DNA from: Planctomycetota bacterium | Lineage (GTDB): Bacteria > Planctomycetota > B15-G4 > SIAN01 | DNA: 64,000 nt | Reading direction: 5' to 3' | Assembly (NCBI GenBank): GCA_031409275.1 | Contig: JANNXA010000034.1 | Coordinates: forward strand, 96,001-160,000 | In this document: positions 29,665-39,753 of the stretch, one piece after another | Layout: each line of letters starts with the position of its first letter | Numbering within the stretch: the first letter of the stretch is position 1 | The notes under the pieces: generated by a model | Databases searched by the model: none | Seen by the model: the letters and a program-made list of their open reading frames with translations, nothing else | Told to the model about the DNA's origin: nothing | Made by a program: the position numbers and the translations under genes

Positions 29665-29749
29665 CGGCGCGGCGGTGCGCGACACGGAGCTGTCGATCGT
29701 CACCGATTGACGCCGCCTACTTGCGCCGCGATCTCTTCGGAGTTCTCGC

Positions 29750-30124
29750 TTGGATCCTCTGCACGCCACCTCCCTCCTCCCGTTCGTGCCGAGCGGGAAG
29801 GAGTACGACGCGAGCCGCCGGCTCTTCCGCGAACTCGGCTTCGAGGAGCTCTCGGAGAACCACGGCTATGCCCGTTTCCGCAACGGCGCGACGCAGTTCA
29901 TCCTGCAGCGCTACGACGAGCGGAGCTTCGCCGAGAACTTCATGGTTCGGCTCGAGGTGCCCGATCTCGACGCGTGGTGGGAGGCTGTCGCGAAGCTCGG
30001 CCTCGAGCAGCGCTACCCCGGTTTCCGGATCAAGCCGCCGCAGCTCTTCCCGTGGGGCCGCGAAGTGAACTTCATCGACATCGCCGGGGTCTGTTGGCAC
30101 GTCTGCCCGGCCAAGGGCGGCTGA
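29750..30124 (+). CDS. VOC/glyoxalase family protein
   Basis: PFVPSGKEYDASRRLFRELGF, LEVPDLDAWW, PWGREVNFIDIAGVCWH. Confidence 0.85.
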   Translation: MDPLHATSLLPFVPSGKEYDASRRLFRELGFEELSENHGYARFRNGATQFILQRYDERSFAENFMVRLEVPDLDAWWEAVAKLGLEQRYPGFRIKPPQLFPWGREVNFIDIAGVCWHVCPAKGG

Positions 30125-30166
30125 GCGCATCCGGCGGCGGAAGGCCACGTGTCTCGAGCGGCGCGT

Positions 30167-30547
30167 TCAGTTCGCCTCGCTCGGCGTCTTCGCGTTGGTG
30201 CGCCACGCCTCGGCCAGGTTCTTGGTTGGAGCCTCGGTGTTGCCGACCAGCACATTCAGGTCGCTGACGAGTCCGGTGCAGAAGCCGCCGATGCAGCCGG
30301 TCACCATTCGCTCGACGATGCGGATCGGGATCACGATCGGCGCCGCGAGGCAGGTGCAAGCCGTCGGCAGGCTCTCCGCCTCGTCATCGGCAGCGTCGAC
30401 ATCATCGAGATCGCGCGAATCGACGGCTGCTTCGACGAACTGCCACGGTGTGGTGAAGGTGCAGACGACCGGCTTCACCACCGTGCAGCCTTGCAGCGTC
30501 AGGGCGGTGGCGAGCAGCGCAAGCAGCACGTTCCGGTGCGAGATCAT
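30167..30547 (-). CDS. Hypothetical Cys-rich lipoprotein
   Basis: GAGGA RBS, lipobox LQGC. Confidence 0.65.
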   Translation of the reverse strand: MISHRNVLLALLATALTLQGCTVVKPVVCTFTTPWQFVEAAVDSRDLDDVDAADDEAESLPTACTCLAAPIVIPIRIVERMVTGCIGGFCTGLVSDLNVLVGNTEAPTKNLAEAWRTNAKTPSEAN

Positions 30548-30573
30548 GTCGTGTTCCTCGCTGGTTCAGGAAA

Positions 30574-31188
30574 TCACCACGAAGAGGTCCAGTCCATCCA
30601 GCAGCCGAGAGTATCGAAGGGCGAGATCAAGAACTCGACGGGCGCCGCGACCACGTCGATGACCAGCGTCACCGGCAGCACGAAGGCGTAGGCCCAAGCC
30701 CCCGGGCGATCCCAGTCCGTGCGAAGCACGCCGACGGGATCACCGAAGAGGAGCGCCGCGTCGCCGGGCGGTCGCACCGCAAGGCGCTCGTAGGCCATCG
30801 GATACCCGTTCTGGTCGTTCACGCCACGCTGACACCAGACGGCCCAGATTTCCGACGGTACGTCCGCCACCGCGGACGGCGGCGCCGTCGCCCGCACGAT
30901 CGAGTGCGCACTCGGGGGCAACGCTGTTCCATCCATCACCAGCACCCGAGACCAGCGGCGATCGTCGTAGGGACGGCCGCGGAAGGCGACTCGTTGTCGC
31001 TGTGCGTTGGTGAAGGTGAGATCGACCGTCACCTCGCCATCGGCGCTCACCGTCACGTCATCGAGCTGCTGGATCCGGACCTGTGGCCGAACGTCATGCA
31101 CCCAGGTCGAGAGGCATCCCGGAAACGACGCCGCCATCGCTGCCAGAACCGCGATGTTGCACATCGACCTTCGCCGTCTCATTCGCAC
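30574..31188 (-). CDS. Hypothetical lipoprotein with hydrophobic C-terminal helix (start uncertain, possibly 31182 or 31164)
   Basis: Lipobox-like FPGC; C-terminal LPVTLVIDVVAAPV resembles YceK/YidQ-type tails. Confidence 0.55.
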   Translation of the reverse strand: MRMRRRRSMCNIAVLAAMAASFPGCLSTWVHDVRPQVRIQQLDDVTVSADGEVTVDLTFTNAQRQRVAFRGRPYDDRRWSRVLVMDGTALPPSAHSIVRATAPPSAVADVPSEIWAVWCQRGVNDQNGYPMAYERLAVRPPGDAALLFGDPVGVLRTDWDRPGAWAYAFVLPVTLVIDVVAAPVEFLISPFDTLGCWMDWTSSW

Positions 31189-31231
31189 CGTGTCGCTCCC
31201 TGCTTCGCGTCGGTGGTTCGTGCGGCGTCAG

Positions 31232-32392
31232 TCAGGGGCTCTTCTTCACCAGCCGCTCCCATTCCTGCTGCGCGAAGCGGTCGGTCATGCCGGCGACGTA
31301 ATCGCAGGTCACGCGCCAGTCGCTGTCGCCGGGGAGTGGGTGGGCGAGGCGCACGCGGGCCCAATCGGCCATCTGGTGTGGGTTCGCGTGCAGATGGAGG
31401 AAGAGCTCGCGCAGTTGGCGACGCGCTTCGCGGCGGACCGACATGACATGGTCGGCGTAGTAGAAGCGCTTGAAGAGGTAGCGCTTCGCTTCCGACTGGA
31501 TCTCTTGCATCTCCGGCGAGAAGCCGATCAGCCGCTCGGGCGTGCGGCGCGCAGCGAGCGGTGACGTCGCGCCGGCGGCCTGCAGGCGCGCGTCGCTGGC
31601 CGCGATGAGGTCGGCGACCGGCAGCGCGAGCGTCGCGTGGACCGTGGGACGCAGCAGCTCGTCGGTGGCGGCCAGCGGGTAGCGGCGCTGCGCCTCTCGC
31701 CGCGCGCGACGCCACAGTTCGAGCTCGCCTAGCTCGGAGTCGTTGAAGACGCCGAAGCGCAGGCCGTCGTCGAGGTCGTGCGAAATGTAGGCCAGCGAGT
31801 CGGCGCCGTCGGCCACTTGCGCCTCGAGCCACGGCTGCGGCTCGACGTCGATGTCGGCCGAGGTCGGCCCGCTGCTCTTGGTGCCGTGCTTCAGCAGTGC
31901 GCTGCGCATCTCGTAAGTGAGGTTCAACCCCAGTCGGCCGGGATAGGGATTCTCCAACAGATCGACGATGCGCAGCGCCTGCGAGTTGTGCTCGAAGCCG
32001 CCATGCTGGTCCATCAGCTCGCGCAACTCCTCTTCGCCCGAGTGGCCGAATGGCGGATGGCCGAGGTCGTGCGCAAGGCCGATCGCCTCCACCAGCGCCT
32101 CGTTCAGCCGCAAGGCGCGGCCGACCGCTCGCGCGAGCTGCGCCACTTCGAGAGTGTGGGTCATCCGGGTGCGATAGTTGTCCCCGGTGCCATTCACCAG
32201 CACTTGCGTCTTGTATTCGAGGCGGCGGAAGGCGCCGCTGTGGATGACGCGGTCGCGATCGCGCATGAAGGCGGTGCGGTGGGGGTCTTCGCCCTCCGCA
32301 TGGCGTCGGCCGCGGCTGTGCACGGACTTCAACGCGAACGGCGCGAGGTCGCGCTGCTCGAGCTCTTCGAACTCCTGTCGGGTGCGTTGCAT
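31232..32392 (-). CDS. dgt: Deoxyguanosinetriphosphate triphosphohydrolase (HD-domain dNTPase)
   Basis: [67 protein letters not shown]. Confidence 0.93.
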   Translation of the reverse strand: MQRTRQEFEELEQRDLAPFALKSVHSRGRRHAEGEDPHRTAFMRDRDRVIHSGAFRRLEYKTQVLVNGTGDNYRTRMTHTLEVAQLARAVGRALRLNEALVEAIGLAHDLGHPPFGHSGEEELRELMDQHGGFEHNSQALRIVDLLENPYPGRLGLNLTYEMRSALLKHGTKSSGPTSADIDVEPQPWLEAQVADGADSLAYISHDLDDGLRFGVFNDSELGELELWRRARREAQRRYPLAATDELLRPTVHATLALPVADLIAASDARLQAAGATSPLAARRTPERLIGFSPEMQEIQSEAKRYLFKRFYYADHVMSVRREARRQLRELFLHLHANPHQMADWARVRLAHPLPGDSDWRVTCDYVAGMTDRFAQQEWERLVKKSP

Positions 32393-32447
32393 GGCGGCCT
32401 ATTGTCTCCGCGCGGCGCAGAAGATGATGCGCCGAGCTGGAGGGAAC

Positions 32448-33257
32448 GTGGAAAAGGACGCGACCGACGAGATCGCCGAGTGGAACAAGACTGCCTGGAA
32501 CCGCCAGGTCGCGCGCGGCAACCGCTGGACGGTGCCGGTCGATGGCGCCGCCATCGCGGCGGCCCGCCGCGGAGAGTGGCAGGTGGTGCTGACCCCGGCG
32601 CGACCCGTGCCGCGCGACTGGTTTCCACCGCTGGCCGGCTTGAAAACCCTCTGCCTTGCCTCCGGCGGTGGTCAGCAGGCGCCGCTGCTCGCGGCGGCCG
32701 GGGCCGACGTCACCGTGCACGATCTGTCGCCGGCGCAGCTCGCCCAGGATCGGGCCGTCGCAGCGCGCGAGGGGCTCACGCTCCGGCTCGAAGAAGGCGA
32801 CATGCGCGACCTCTCGCGCTACGCCGACGGCAGCTTCGGCCTCCTCTTCCATCCCTGCTCGAACGCCTTCGTTCCCGATCCGGCGCCGGTCTGGCGCGAG
32901 GCGTTTCGGGTGCTGGCACCGGGTGGCGTCCTGCTGGCCGGCGTCACGCAACCGGTGCGCTTCCTCTTCGATGAGAAGGCGCTCGAGCGCGGCGAGCTCG
33001 TCGCGCGCCACTCGCTGCCCTACTCCGACTTCGTTCATCTCAACGAAGCGGAGCGCGCCGAACTTCGTGCCGCCGACGAGCCGTGGTGCTTCGGCCACAC
33101 GCTCGAGCAGCAGCTCGGCGGTCAGCTCAGCGCGGGGTTCGTGCTGACCGGCCTCTACGAAGATCGCTCGCCTGGCGACGCGCTCGATGCGCGCATCGCC
33201 TGCTACCTCGCAACGCGCGCGGTGAAGGCGCCGTCCGCCTCCATCTCGAAGGGGTAA
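32448..33257 (+). CDS. Class I SAM-dependent methyltransferase
   Basis: GGAGGG RBS before [13 protein letters not shown] motif [18 protein letters not shown]. Confidence 0.9.
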   Translation: MEKDATDEIAEWNKTAWNRQVARGNRWTVPVDGAAIAAARRGEWQVVLTPARPVPRDWFPPLAGLKTLCLASGGGQQAPLLAAAGADVTVHDLSPAQLAQDRAVAAREGLTLRLEEGDMRDLSRYADGSFGLLFHPCSNAFVPDPAPVWREAFRVLAPGGVLLAGVTQPVRFLFDEKALERGELVARHSLPYSDFVHLNEAERAELRAADEPWCFGHTLEQQLGGQLSAGFVLTGLYEDRSPGDALDARIACYLATRAVKAPSASISKG

Positions 33258-33290
33258 GGTGCCGGCCTTTGCGCACCCTGGAGCTTTCGA

Positions 33291-33629
33291 TTGGCGAGCA
33301 GTGAACGGTCGGTCCACTTGTCGAGCCTTTCCACGCACGAGCGCCGTCGGCTCTGGTTGGCGGTCTATGCGAGGGGCGCCGGCATCGCGGCGGCCGTCTT
33401 CTTCGTGCTGGTCACTTCGCTGCACGGCGTCCGCGAGCTCGAACGCAGCCTCGCGGGCGATGGGAGCCACGCCGAGTCCGCCGCGCGCCTGTGCGACGGG
33501 TTGACCGTGCTGGTCGGTGCGCTCGTCTTCGCGGGCGGGTTGCGGTTGCTGATCGGTTGGCTGTTGCGCGCGCCGATCGGCGCGCTGCGCTTCGCGGTGG
33601 TGCGCACGGGGGATACGGAGAAGCGGTGA
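33291..33629 (+). CDS. Hypothetical small two-TM membrane protein
   Basis: Two hydrophobic helices; stop overlaps the next ATG (TGATG). Confidence 0.5.
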   Translation: MASSERSVHLSSLSTHERRRLWLAVYARGAGIAAAVFFVLVTSLHGVRELERSLAGDGSHAESAARLCDGLTVLVGALVFAGGLRLLIGWLLRAPIGALRFAVVRTGDTEKR

Positions 33630-34663
33630 TGAGTCGATTGCGCGGACGGGTGTCTCTGCTGCTGGTCGTGTTCTGCGTTCTGGTTTCGGCGTGCGCGACG
33701 CCGCCGCCCGTGCCCATCGCGAATGGAGTCGCGACGCTCGCCACGACACCGCTCGCGCCCCCTGCGGCCGACGGATTCGTGCCGCCGATGGTGCGCGACC
33801 CGTCGGGCAAGCTGATCGGCTGGCTCGATCTGCGCTACGCCGCGGTCGATGGCGTCCCGCCGGCGGAGCAGTCGCTCGACCTGATCGGGCCGGCGACGCT
33901 GACCGGCGAGGGGCAGCCGGCGGTGCGCGGCCTGCCGATCGTCGTCTTCGTCCATGGCGGCGGTTGGCAGCGCGGCGAGAAGCGCGGCTTCCTCGAGCGG
34001 CGCGCGCCGGCGTTCAGCGGCGCCGGCTTCCTGCTCGCGACCATCAACTACCGACTCGCACCGCAAGCGACCCATCCGGCTCAGATCCGCGATACGGCCG
34101 CCGCACTGGCCTGGCTCCATGCGAATGCGCGCGCGTTCGGTGGCGATCCCGAGGCGCTCTTCGTCATGGGCCACTCCGCGGGGGCGCACCTCGCCGCACT
34201 GGTCGCGACCGACGAGCGGTGGCTCGGCGAGCATGACCTGCCGTTGTCGGCGTTGCGCGGCGCGATCCTGCTCGACGGCGCGAGCTACGACCTCGTCGGC
34301 CGCAGCGGCGACATGGAAGGGGCCGAGCAGTTCATCGCGCAGGTGTTCGGCAACGATCCGGCGATCTGGGCCGAGGCGTCGCCGATGAACCACGTCGCTG
34401 CGGGCAAGGGAATCCCGCCGTGCCTGCTGCTGGTGGCCGGCCGGAACCCCGACTCCGGCGAGGACGCCGCGCTCTTCTCGGCGAAGTTGCAGGCGGCCGG
34501 CACGAGCGCGATCGTCGAGACCTTTCCCGCCAAGACGCACGTCGCCATCTCGCGCGAACTTGGCCTGCCCGGCGATGGCCCGACCGCTCGCATCCTCGAC
34601 TTCGTCGCGCAGACCAGCGGTCGGCCGCGCCCGCCCGAGCCGTCCACCTCCGGCGCCAATTGA
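33629..34663 (+). CDS. Alpha/beta hydrolase (HSL-like esterase) lipoprotein
   Basis: Lipobox LVSAC, HGGGW, NYRLAP, GHSAG nucleophile elbow. Confidence 0.9.
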   Translation: MSRLRGRVSLLLVVFCVLVSACATPPPVPIANGVATLATTPLAPPAADGFVPPMVRDPSGKLIGWLDLRYAAVDGVPPAEQSLDLIGPATLTGEGQPAVRGLPIVVFVHGGGWQRGEKRGFLERRAPAFSGAGFLLATINYRLAPQATHPAQIRDTAAALAWLHANARAFGGDPEALFVMGHSAGAHLAALVATDERWLGEHDLPLSALRGAILLDGASYDLVGRSGDMEGAEQFIAQVFGNDPAIWAEASPMNHVAAGKGIPPCLLLVAGRNPDSGEDAALFSAKLQAAGTSAIVETFPAKTHVAISRELGLPGDGPTARILDFVAQTSGRPRPPEPSTSGAN

Positions 34664-34683
34664 CACCGACAGGAACCGAATCG

Positions 34684-35106
34684 ATGGCCACTCTCTTCAC
34701 CAAGATTCTCGAAGGCGCGATCCCCGGCCGCTTCGTGTGGAAGGACGAGAAGTGCTTCTCGATCCTCACCATCAACCCGATCCAGCCGGGCCACTGCCTC
34801 GTCATCCCGCGCCAGGAGATCGACCACTGGCTCGACGTGCCGGCCGACCTCTCGCGCCACCTCTTCGACGTGGCGCGCACGATCGGCAAGGCGCAGATGG
34901 CGGCGTTCCAGCCCGAGAAGGTCGGGCTCACGATCCTCGGCCTCGAGGTGCGTCACGTGCATCTCCACTTGATCCCGATCCGCGAGCCCAAGCACATGGA
35001 GTTCGCCCACGCCGACAAGAACCCGAGCGCCGCCGCCCTCGACGAGGCGGCGGTGAAGTTGCGGGCGGCGTTGAGGGCGCAGGGCGCCAGGCACGTCGCG
35101 GGTTAG
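34684..35106 (+). CDS. HIT family nucleotide-binding protein
   Basis: TLFTKILEGAIP, PGHCLVIP, HVHLHLIP triad. Confidence 0.93.
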   Translation: MATLFTKILEGAIPGRFVWKDEKCFSILTINPIQPGHCLVIPRQEIDHWLDVPADLSRHLFDVARTIGKAQMAAFQPEKVGLTILGLEVRHVHLHLIPIREPKHMEFAHADKNPSAAALDEAAVKLRAALRAQGARHVAG

Positions 35107-35170
35107 CGCGGCGACCGACGCCGCGCGGGGCGCCTGCAACCGCGACCGGCCCATCGGCATAGAGCGGCCC

Positions 35171-35734
35171 GTGAAGGAGCTCGTGCCGATCGTGTCGACG
35201 CAGCCGCCGGTGACCCGCTCGCCTGCGGAGGAAGCGTTCGCGCGCCGGCTTGCGGAGTTGCGCGCGGCGGTGGCGTCGCTGCTTCGGCGCGCCGTGCGCC
35301 ATCCCGATCAGCGCGGCGATGCGCTGCAGGAGACGTTCGCCCGCGCATGGGCGGCGCGCGGGCAGTACGACGCGACGCGACCGCTCGGGCCGTGGCTCGC
35401 CACCATCGCGTGGCGCGTCGCGCACGAGCAGGAGCGGCGCCGCGTGCGCCGGCGCGAGGAAGAGGCAGTGGAGGAGCCGCCGGCCAGCGCGCACGGCGAT
35501 GAACCGTTGCGGTTGCTCGAGCGGCGCGAGGAGGAGGCGGCGCTTGCCGCGGCACTCGCGCAGTTGCCGGAGCTGCCGCGCGAGGTCGTGCGGCGTTTCT
35601 ACGCGGAGGGGGAGTCGGTGATGGCGATCGCGGTGGCGCTGTCGTTGCGGGAGAACACGGTGAAGAGCCATCTGCGGCGCGCCCGCCTCGCTCTGGCGAA
35701 GACGCTGGCGCCGCGTGCCGGCGGGGAGGCGTGA
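35171..35734 (+). CDS. ECF-type RNA polymerase sigma-70 factor
   Basis: DALQETFARAW, PWLATIA region 2; IAVALSLRENTVKSHLRRAR region 4. Confidence 0.88.
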   Translation: MKELVPIVSTQPPVTRSPAEEAFARRLAELRAAVASLLRRAVRHPDQRGDALQETFARAWAARGQYDATRPLGPWLATIAWRVAHEQERRRVRRREEEAVEEPPASAHGDEPLRLLERREEEAALAAALAQLPELPREVVRRFYAEGESVMAIAVALSLRENTVKSHLRRARLALAKTLAPRAGGEA

Positions 35735-36285
35735 CGATGGGCTGCCCGAGCGAGAGCGAAGTCGACGAGGTCCTCGATCGCGTCGCACCGCGCGAGCGCG
35801 CGCAAGCGGTGCATGCCCATGTCGCGGCGTGCGAGCGCTGCCTCGCGCAATTCGGCGCGAGCTTCGAGCTCGAGCTGTGGGGCGGCGCGCTCGGCGCGGA
35901 GACGACGGAGCCGGCGCGGACCGCGTCGCCATGGTGGCAGCGCGCTCGTTGGCGGGCGGCCGCGGCGGCAGCTGCGTTGCTGGTCGTGGCGGGAGTCGGC
36001 GGGCGGCGCTGGCTCGCGATGGAGCGATCGACGCAGGCGACGCGCCTCGATGCGGCGGCGGTGAGCGCGTTGCCCGAGTCGCCCTTCCTCGCGGTCTACG
36101 CGCTCGAGTTCGAGCAAGGTTGGCGCGGTCCCAACGGCCTCGAGCGGCGCACCGCGCGCCTCGATCCGATCAAGCGGGCTTCGATCGACTACACCGAAGT
36201 GCGGCGCGATGCGTCGGGCTTCGAACAACGTTCGCGTCGGACCGCGCTGCTTCGCGTGGCCGCAACGCCCAAGGAGTCGCCATGA
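35731..36285 (+). CDS. Zinc-finger (ZAS) membrane anti-sigma factor
   Basis: HVAACERC (HxxxCxxC) followed by a TM helix; overlaps the sigma stop. Confidence 0.78.
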   Translation: MTMGCPSESEVDEVLDRVAPRERAQAVHAHVAACERCLAQFGASFELELWGGALGAETTEPARTASPWWQRARWRAAAAAAALLVVAGVGGRRWLAMERSTQATRLDAAAVSALPESPFLAVYALEFEQGWRGPNGLERRTARLDPIKRASIDYTEVRRDASGFEQRSRRTALLRVAATPKESP

Positions 36286-37439
36286 GTCTGCTCGCCTTCG
36301 TGCTCGCCGCAGTGCCGCATCACGCGCTGCAGGCCGTTCCGTCGCGCGCGGCGCCGACCACCATCGTGCGGCAAGGAGACGACTCGAAGAGCGTCACGCA
36401 CGGCGACCAGTCGGTCGTCGTCTACGACGTGCACGATTTGTTGGCGCCGCCCAAAAAGGGGATGGCCCGCCAGTTCGAGGTGCTGCTCGAGCAGAAGCGC
36501 GCTGCGGCGAAGGCGGCGAGCGAGGCGCTGGGGCGCGGGACGGGCGAGGCGCCCCTCGTCGATGAAACCGGCAGGGCGGACGAGTCGACGGTGGAGGAGG
36601 AGCGCGCCGCGCAGCAGCAATTGCTGGTGGCCTATCTGCAGTGCCTCGGCGCGCGCGTCCACGACGACAAGCTCCACGTTGACGCGCGCACTCCCGGCAC
36701 ACTGGTGGTCCACGCGCGCACCGCGACGTTCGCCATGGTCGAGGCGCTGATGCGTCAGCTGCGCGAGCGGCACGACGAGGCGCGGCCGAGCGCGGCGGTC
36801 GAAGTGGAGATGAGCGCGTTCTGGCTCGACGCCGACGGGCGCGAGGAGCTCGAGGAGTTCGTCGAGAAGGAGAGCGGCACGAAGGTGGACGGCAACGTCG
36901 TGACGATGCTGCGGCCCGAGCTGGTCGCCCGCTTCGTGGCGCGCGGTGAGAAGATCGACTCTCTGGCGATGCCGCGGATCGTCGTGATGCCGCTCGAGCG
37001 GTTCGAGTTGTCGACTGGCAGCGAAGTCGCCTACGTCGCGGGATTCGATCAGGTCACCATCGAAGGGATCGGCAGCCTGATCGATCCGGTGGTGAAGACG
37101 CTGCACGAAGGGCTGCGGCTCGATGGGCGCGCGCTGACCAGTGCGCCACTGCCCGGCCTCGCCGAGCCGCCCTTCGCGCTGCAGGTGACGCTCGACGTCG
37201 CGAAGCTGCACCGGCCGATCGCGATGGCGAAGACCGACCTTGGCGTGGTCCAGCTGCCGGAAATCAGGCACGCCTCATTCAGTACGACGATCGCTGGCAC
37301 CATCGGCACGACCTTCGTCCTCGGCGGCATGCCCGCCCCGCGCCTCGAAGGCGATGGCGCCGAACCGCGCCTCTATCTCCTGGTCACCGTTCACCGCGCC
37401 GGCTGGAGCGACGGCGGCGCGCCGAAGGTGGATCGCTAG
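36282..37439 (+). CDS. Exported protein with secretin N-domain-like and partial secretin-like regions
   Basis: AAGGAG RBS; VYDVHDLL, GTLVVHA...VEALMRQLR, PRIVV...GSEVAYV...VKTLHEGLRL, VQLPEI, TTFVLGG. Confidence 0.55.
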   Translation: MSLLAFVLAAVPHHALQAVPSRAAPTTIVRQGDDSKSVTHGDQSVVVYDVHDLLAPPKKGMARQFEVLLEQKRAAAKAASEALGRGTGEAPLVDETGRADESTVEEERAAQQQLLVAYLQCLGARVHDDKLHVDARTPGTLVVHARTATFAMVEALMRQLRERHDEARPSAAVEVEMSAFWLDADGREELEEFVEKESGTKVDGNVVTMLRPELVARFVARGEKIDSLAMPRIVVMPLERFELSTGSEVAYVAGFDQVTIEGIGSLIDPVVKTLHEGLRLDGRALTSAPLPGLAEPPFALQVTLDVAKLHRPIAMAKTDLGVVQLPEIRHASFSTTIAGTIGTTFVLGGMPAPRLEGDGAEPRLYLLVTVHRAGWSDGGAPKVDR

Positions 37440-39586
37440 CGCGATCGTTCGATCGACACCTGCACGACTTCGCCCGCACGCGCTTCGACGATCCGCGGTG
37501 GGATCGGCGCAATGCCAGGAGGAGGCACGAGTTCGAGTCGATAGCGGCCGAACGTCGGCACGCGGAACCAGCCGGCGCGCCAGCGCTGCCAGTCGGCGTA
37601 GATCGGAGGGCCTTCGGGATCGAGCGGCACGAGGCGCGCGCGGCGAAGTGCGCGGTCAAGTTCGTCCGGCTCGGCGTCGAAGTCGAGTTGCGCGGTCACG
37701 TCGGGTGCCGCCGGTTGCCATTCGACGGCAATGATCGTCGGCCGCCCGACGGCCAAGGTCAGTTTGTTTGCTCCCGGCTCCAACCAGCGCTCGTCGCCGT
37801 TGACGATGGCGAGCGATTCCCAGTGGTTGCTGACAACGTCGAAGCGGACCGGGCCAGCCGCGGTGACGAGGTGGGTGCGGTCGTTCCGGTCGAGGGGTCT
37901 TTCTACGCCGCTGAACCGTACGTCGGACAACAAGTCCCCGGCAAAGGAACGGAACGGCACGAAGGGGGCGTCCGGTCGTCGGAGAAGTGTCAGGACTTCG
38001 GCGGGCGGGCCGCCGGTGGCCGCGTCGACGAGGGTCACCTCGAGATCGGCCAGCTCGGGGACGATCAGTTCGAAGCGCTTCGCGTCGGGTTGCGATTCGC
38101 TGTCGCTGATCTCGAGATCCCACGACACGCCGAGCTTCGGCTCGCTCACCCGCCACCGGCCGGGACGAACCGCACCCAACCGCACTTCCCGCCACGCTTC
38201 GAGCGCGCCGTCGGCGGCGCTGCCGTGGGGGTGCGCCGGGATCGTGAGCGGTCCGTTGCGGCGATGCGGGCGTGGCGACTCCTCGTCACCGATCGGCTCC
38301 CACCAGAACTCGAAGCTCTCGAGCGTGGTGCCCGTCGGCCAGCGCACCGTCCCGACCAGCGGCACGAAGGGGCCATCCGTCGGCAGCAACAGTGGCAGCG
38401 TGATGGAAGTCGTTTCGCCCGCGACCACCACGACCTCGACCTCGTCGAGCGCGGGACGGGCGACGTCACCGTCTCCCGGCGCCACCGCGAGGCGGTAGCG
38501 ACCGGGCGGCAGGTGCTCGAGCTCCGTGACACCGTCGACTGGCAGCGGAGCGACCGCCGTCAGCGTCGAGTCGAAGAGGAGCGAGTGTTGCCAGCTGAGG
38601 TGCTCCCGCAGCTGCGACTCGCTCGCTAGCGACCCGTCGGAGAAGAGAGCCGCGACCTCGGCCTCACTCAGCGTCGCCTGCCAGGCGAGCTCGCCCTCCA
38701 CTTCGAGATCGAGCGGGTCGAGCGCGCCCGGATCGAGCGGTGTCTTGAGCGTCAATAGCAGCGGTGCCGTGAACGACTCGAACGCATCAAGACTCCACCA
38801 CGCCGTCACCGTCGGAATCGCGGGGGACGCCGGCGCACGCGCCGACGCGAGCCGCCGCTCGACCTCGCGGTCGCTGCCAATCCCCGTCACGCTGATCGAC
38901 AGCGCGCCGCCGCGCACCAGCTCGACGCGCGCGCGCCCGCCGACGAACCAGTCGACGTCGAGCGTCGCCCAGACACGGCCCGGTGCGCCGATCGACAGCC
39001 GCTGGCGCGCGCGCCCAGACTGCAACTCCTCCCGCGTCGGCGCCAGCAACAGGGGAGCGCTCGCGTCCATCGCCCGCGCGCTCGGAAGCGGCCACAGGCT
39101 CTCCGGTTGCCAGCGCCAGCTCTCGTAGCGCAACGCCCCAACGGAGGAAAAGAGCGCGCCCCTTTGGCTGTCGACGAACTGCACGTTTCGCAACGGCTCG
39201 CCGTTTTCAGCGGCCACCACCTCGACCGTCACCGGCCGCGCGTAACGCGCCGAGAGGCGCAGCGTGCTCGAGTCGGTCACCATCAGCTCGGGCGCATCGG
39301 CCGCCAACAAGGCGGGGCCCCCGTCGAACTCCAACGATTGGATCGTGCAGCGCTCGTCCGCCTCGAGATCGATGACGAAGCGCCCCGAGTCGACGGCACT
39401 CCATTCAAGTTCACCCCGCGACGAAGAGCCGCGGCGCGTCGAGTTCATCACCCGATAGGTGACGGCGCCGGAGGGTGCCTCGAACCACTCGCCGTCACGA
39501 CCCTCGACGCGCACCTCGACCGTCACGTCGCCTGGCGCCGGCACCATCACGAGGGCGAGCAGAAGATCGCCGAGCCATGGCGCCAT
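37436..39586 (-). CDS. Hypothetical exported beta-rich protein with carboxypeptidase-regulatory-like repeats
   Basis: Signal-like N-terminus; LPPGRYRL, VVAGETT, VTLVDAATG motifs. Confidence 0.6.
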   Translation of the reverse strand: MAPWLGDLLLALVMVPAPGDVTVEVRVEGRDGEWFEAPSGAVTYRVMNSTRRGSSSRGELEWSAVDSGRFVIDLEADERCTIQSLEFDGGPALLAADAPELMVTDSSTLRLSARYARPVTVEVVAAENGEPLRNVQFVDSQRGALFSSVGALRYESWRWQPESLWPLPSARAMDASAPLLLAPTREELQSGRARQRLSIGAPGRVWATLDVDWFVGGRARVELVRGGALSISVTGIGSDREVERRLASARAPASPAIPTVTAWWSLDAFESFTAPLLLTLKTPLDPGALDPLDLEVEGELAWQATLSEAEVAALFSDGSLASESQLREHLSWQHSLLFDSTLTAVAPLPVDGVTELEHLPPGRYRLAVAPGDGDVARPALDEVEVVVVAGETTSITLPLLLPTDGPFVPLVGTVRWPTGTTLESFEFWWEPIGDEESPRPHRRNGPLTIPAHPHGSAADGALEAWREVRLGAVRPGRWRVSEPKLGVSWDLEISDSESQPDAKRFELIVPELADLEVTLVDAATGGPPAEVLTLLRRPDAPFVPFRSFAGDLLSDVRFSGVERPLDRNDRTHLVTAAGPVRFDVVSNHWESLAIVNGDERWLEPGANKLTLAVGRPTIIAVEWQPAAPDVTAQLDFDAEPDELDRALRRARLVPLDPEGPPIYADWQRWRAGWFRVPTFGRYRLELVPPPGIAPIPPRIVEARAGEVVQVSIERSR

Positions 39587-39753
39587 GGAGATCCCCTGGC
39601 AAGAGCGGCCCTCCACGGCAGGTAGGCGGTGGCGGGCAACGAGCGAATCGAGTTGCAGGGATCAATGTAGCCCGACGGCATGGGTGGAGGTCACGGCGCG
39701 GACGCGTCGGGCTACAGTCGTCGCGGTTCGGGATGGCGCGAAGGAGCGGTGCG

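Noticed and set aside
28405..29769. 714-aa RNase III with a long N-terminal extension, as shown in the ORF track
   Set aside because: The extension is the antisense of the serine hydrolase gene; the RNase III domain starts near ATG 28404
31232..32392. dGTPase as an anti-phage defence gene
   Set aside because: Ordinary housekeeping-type length and motifs, no defence-island context
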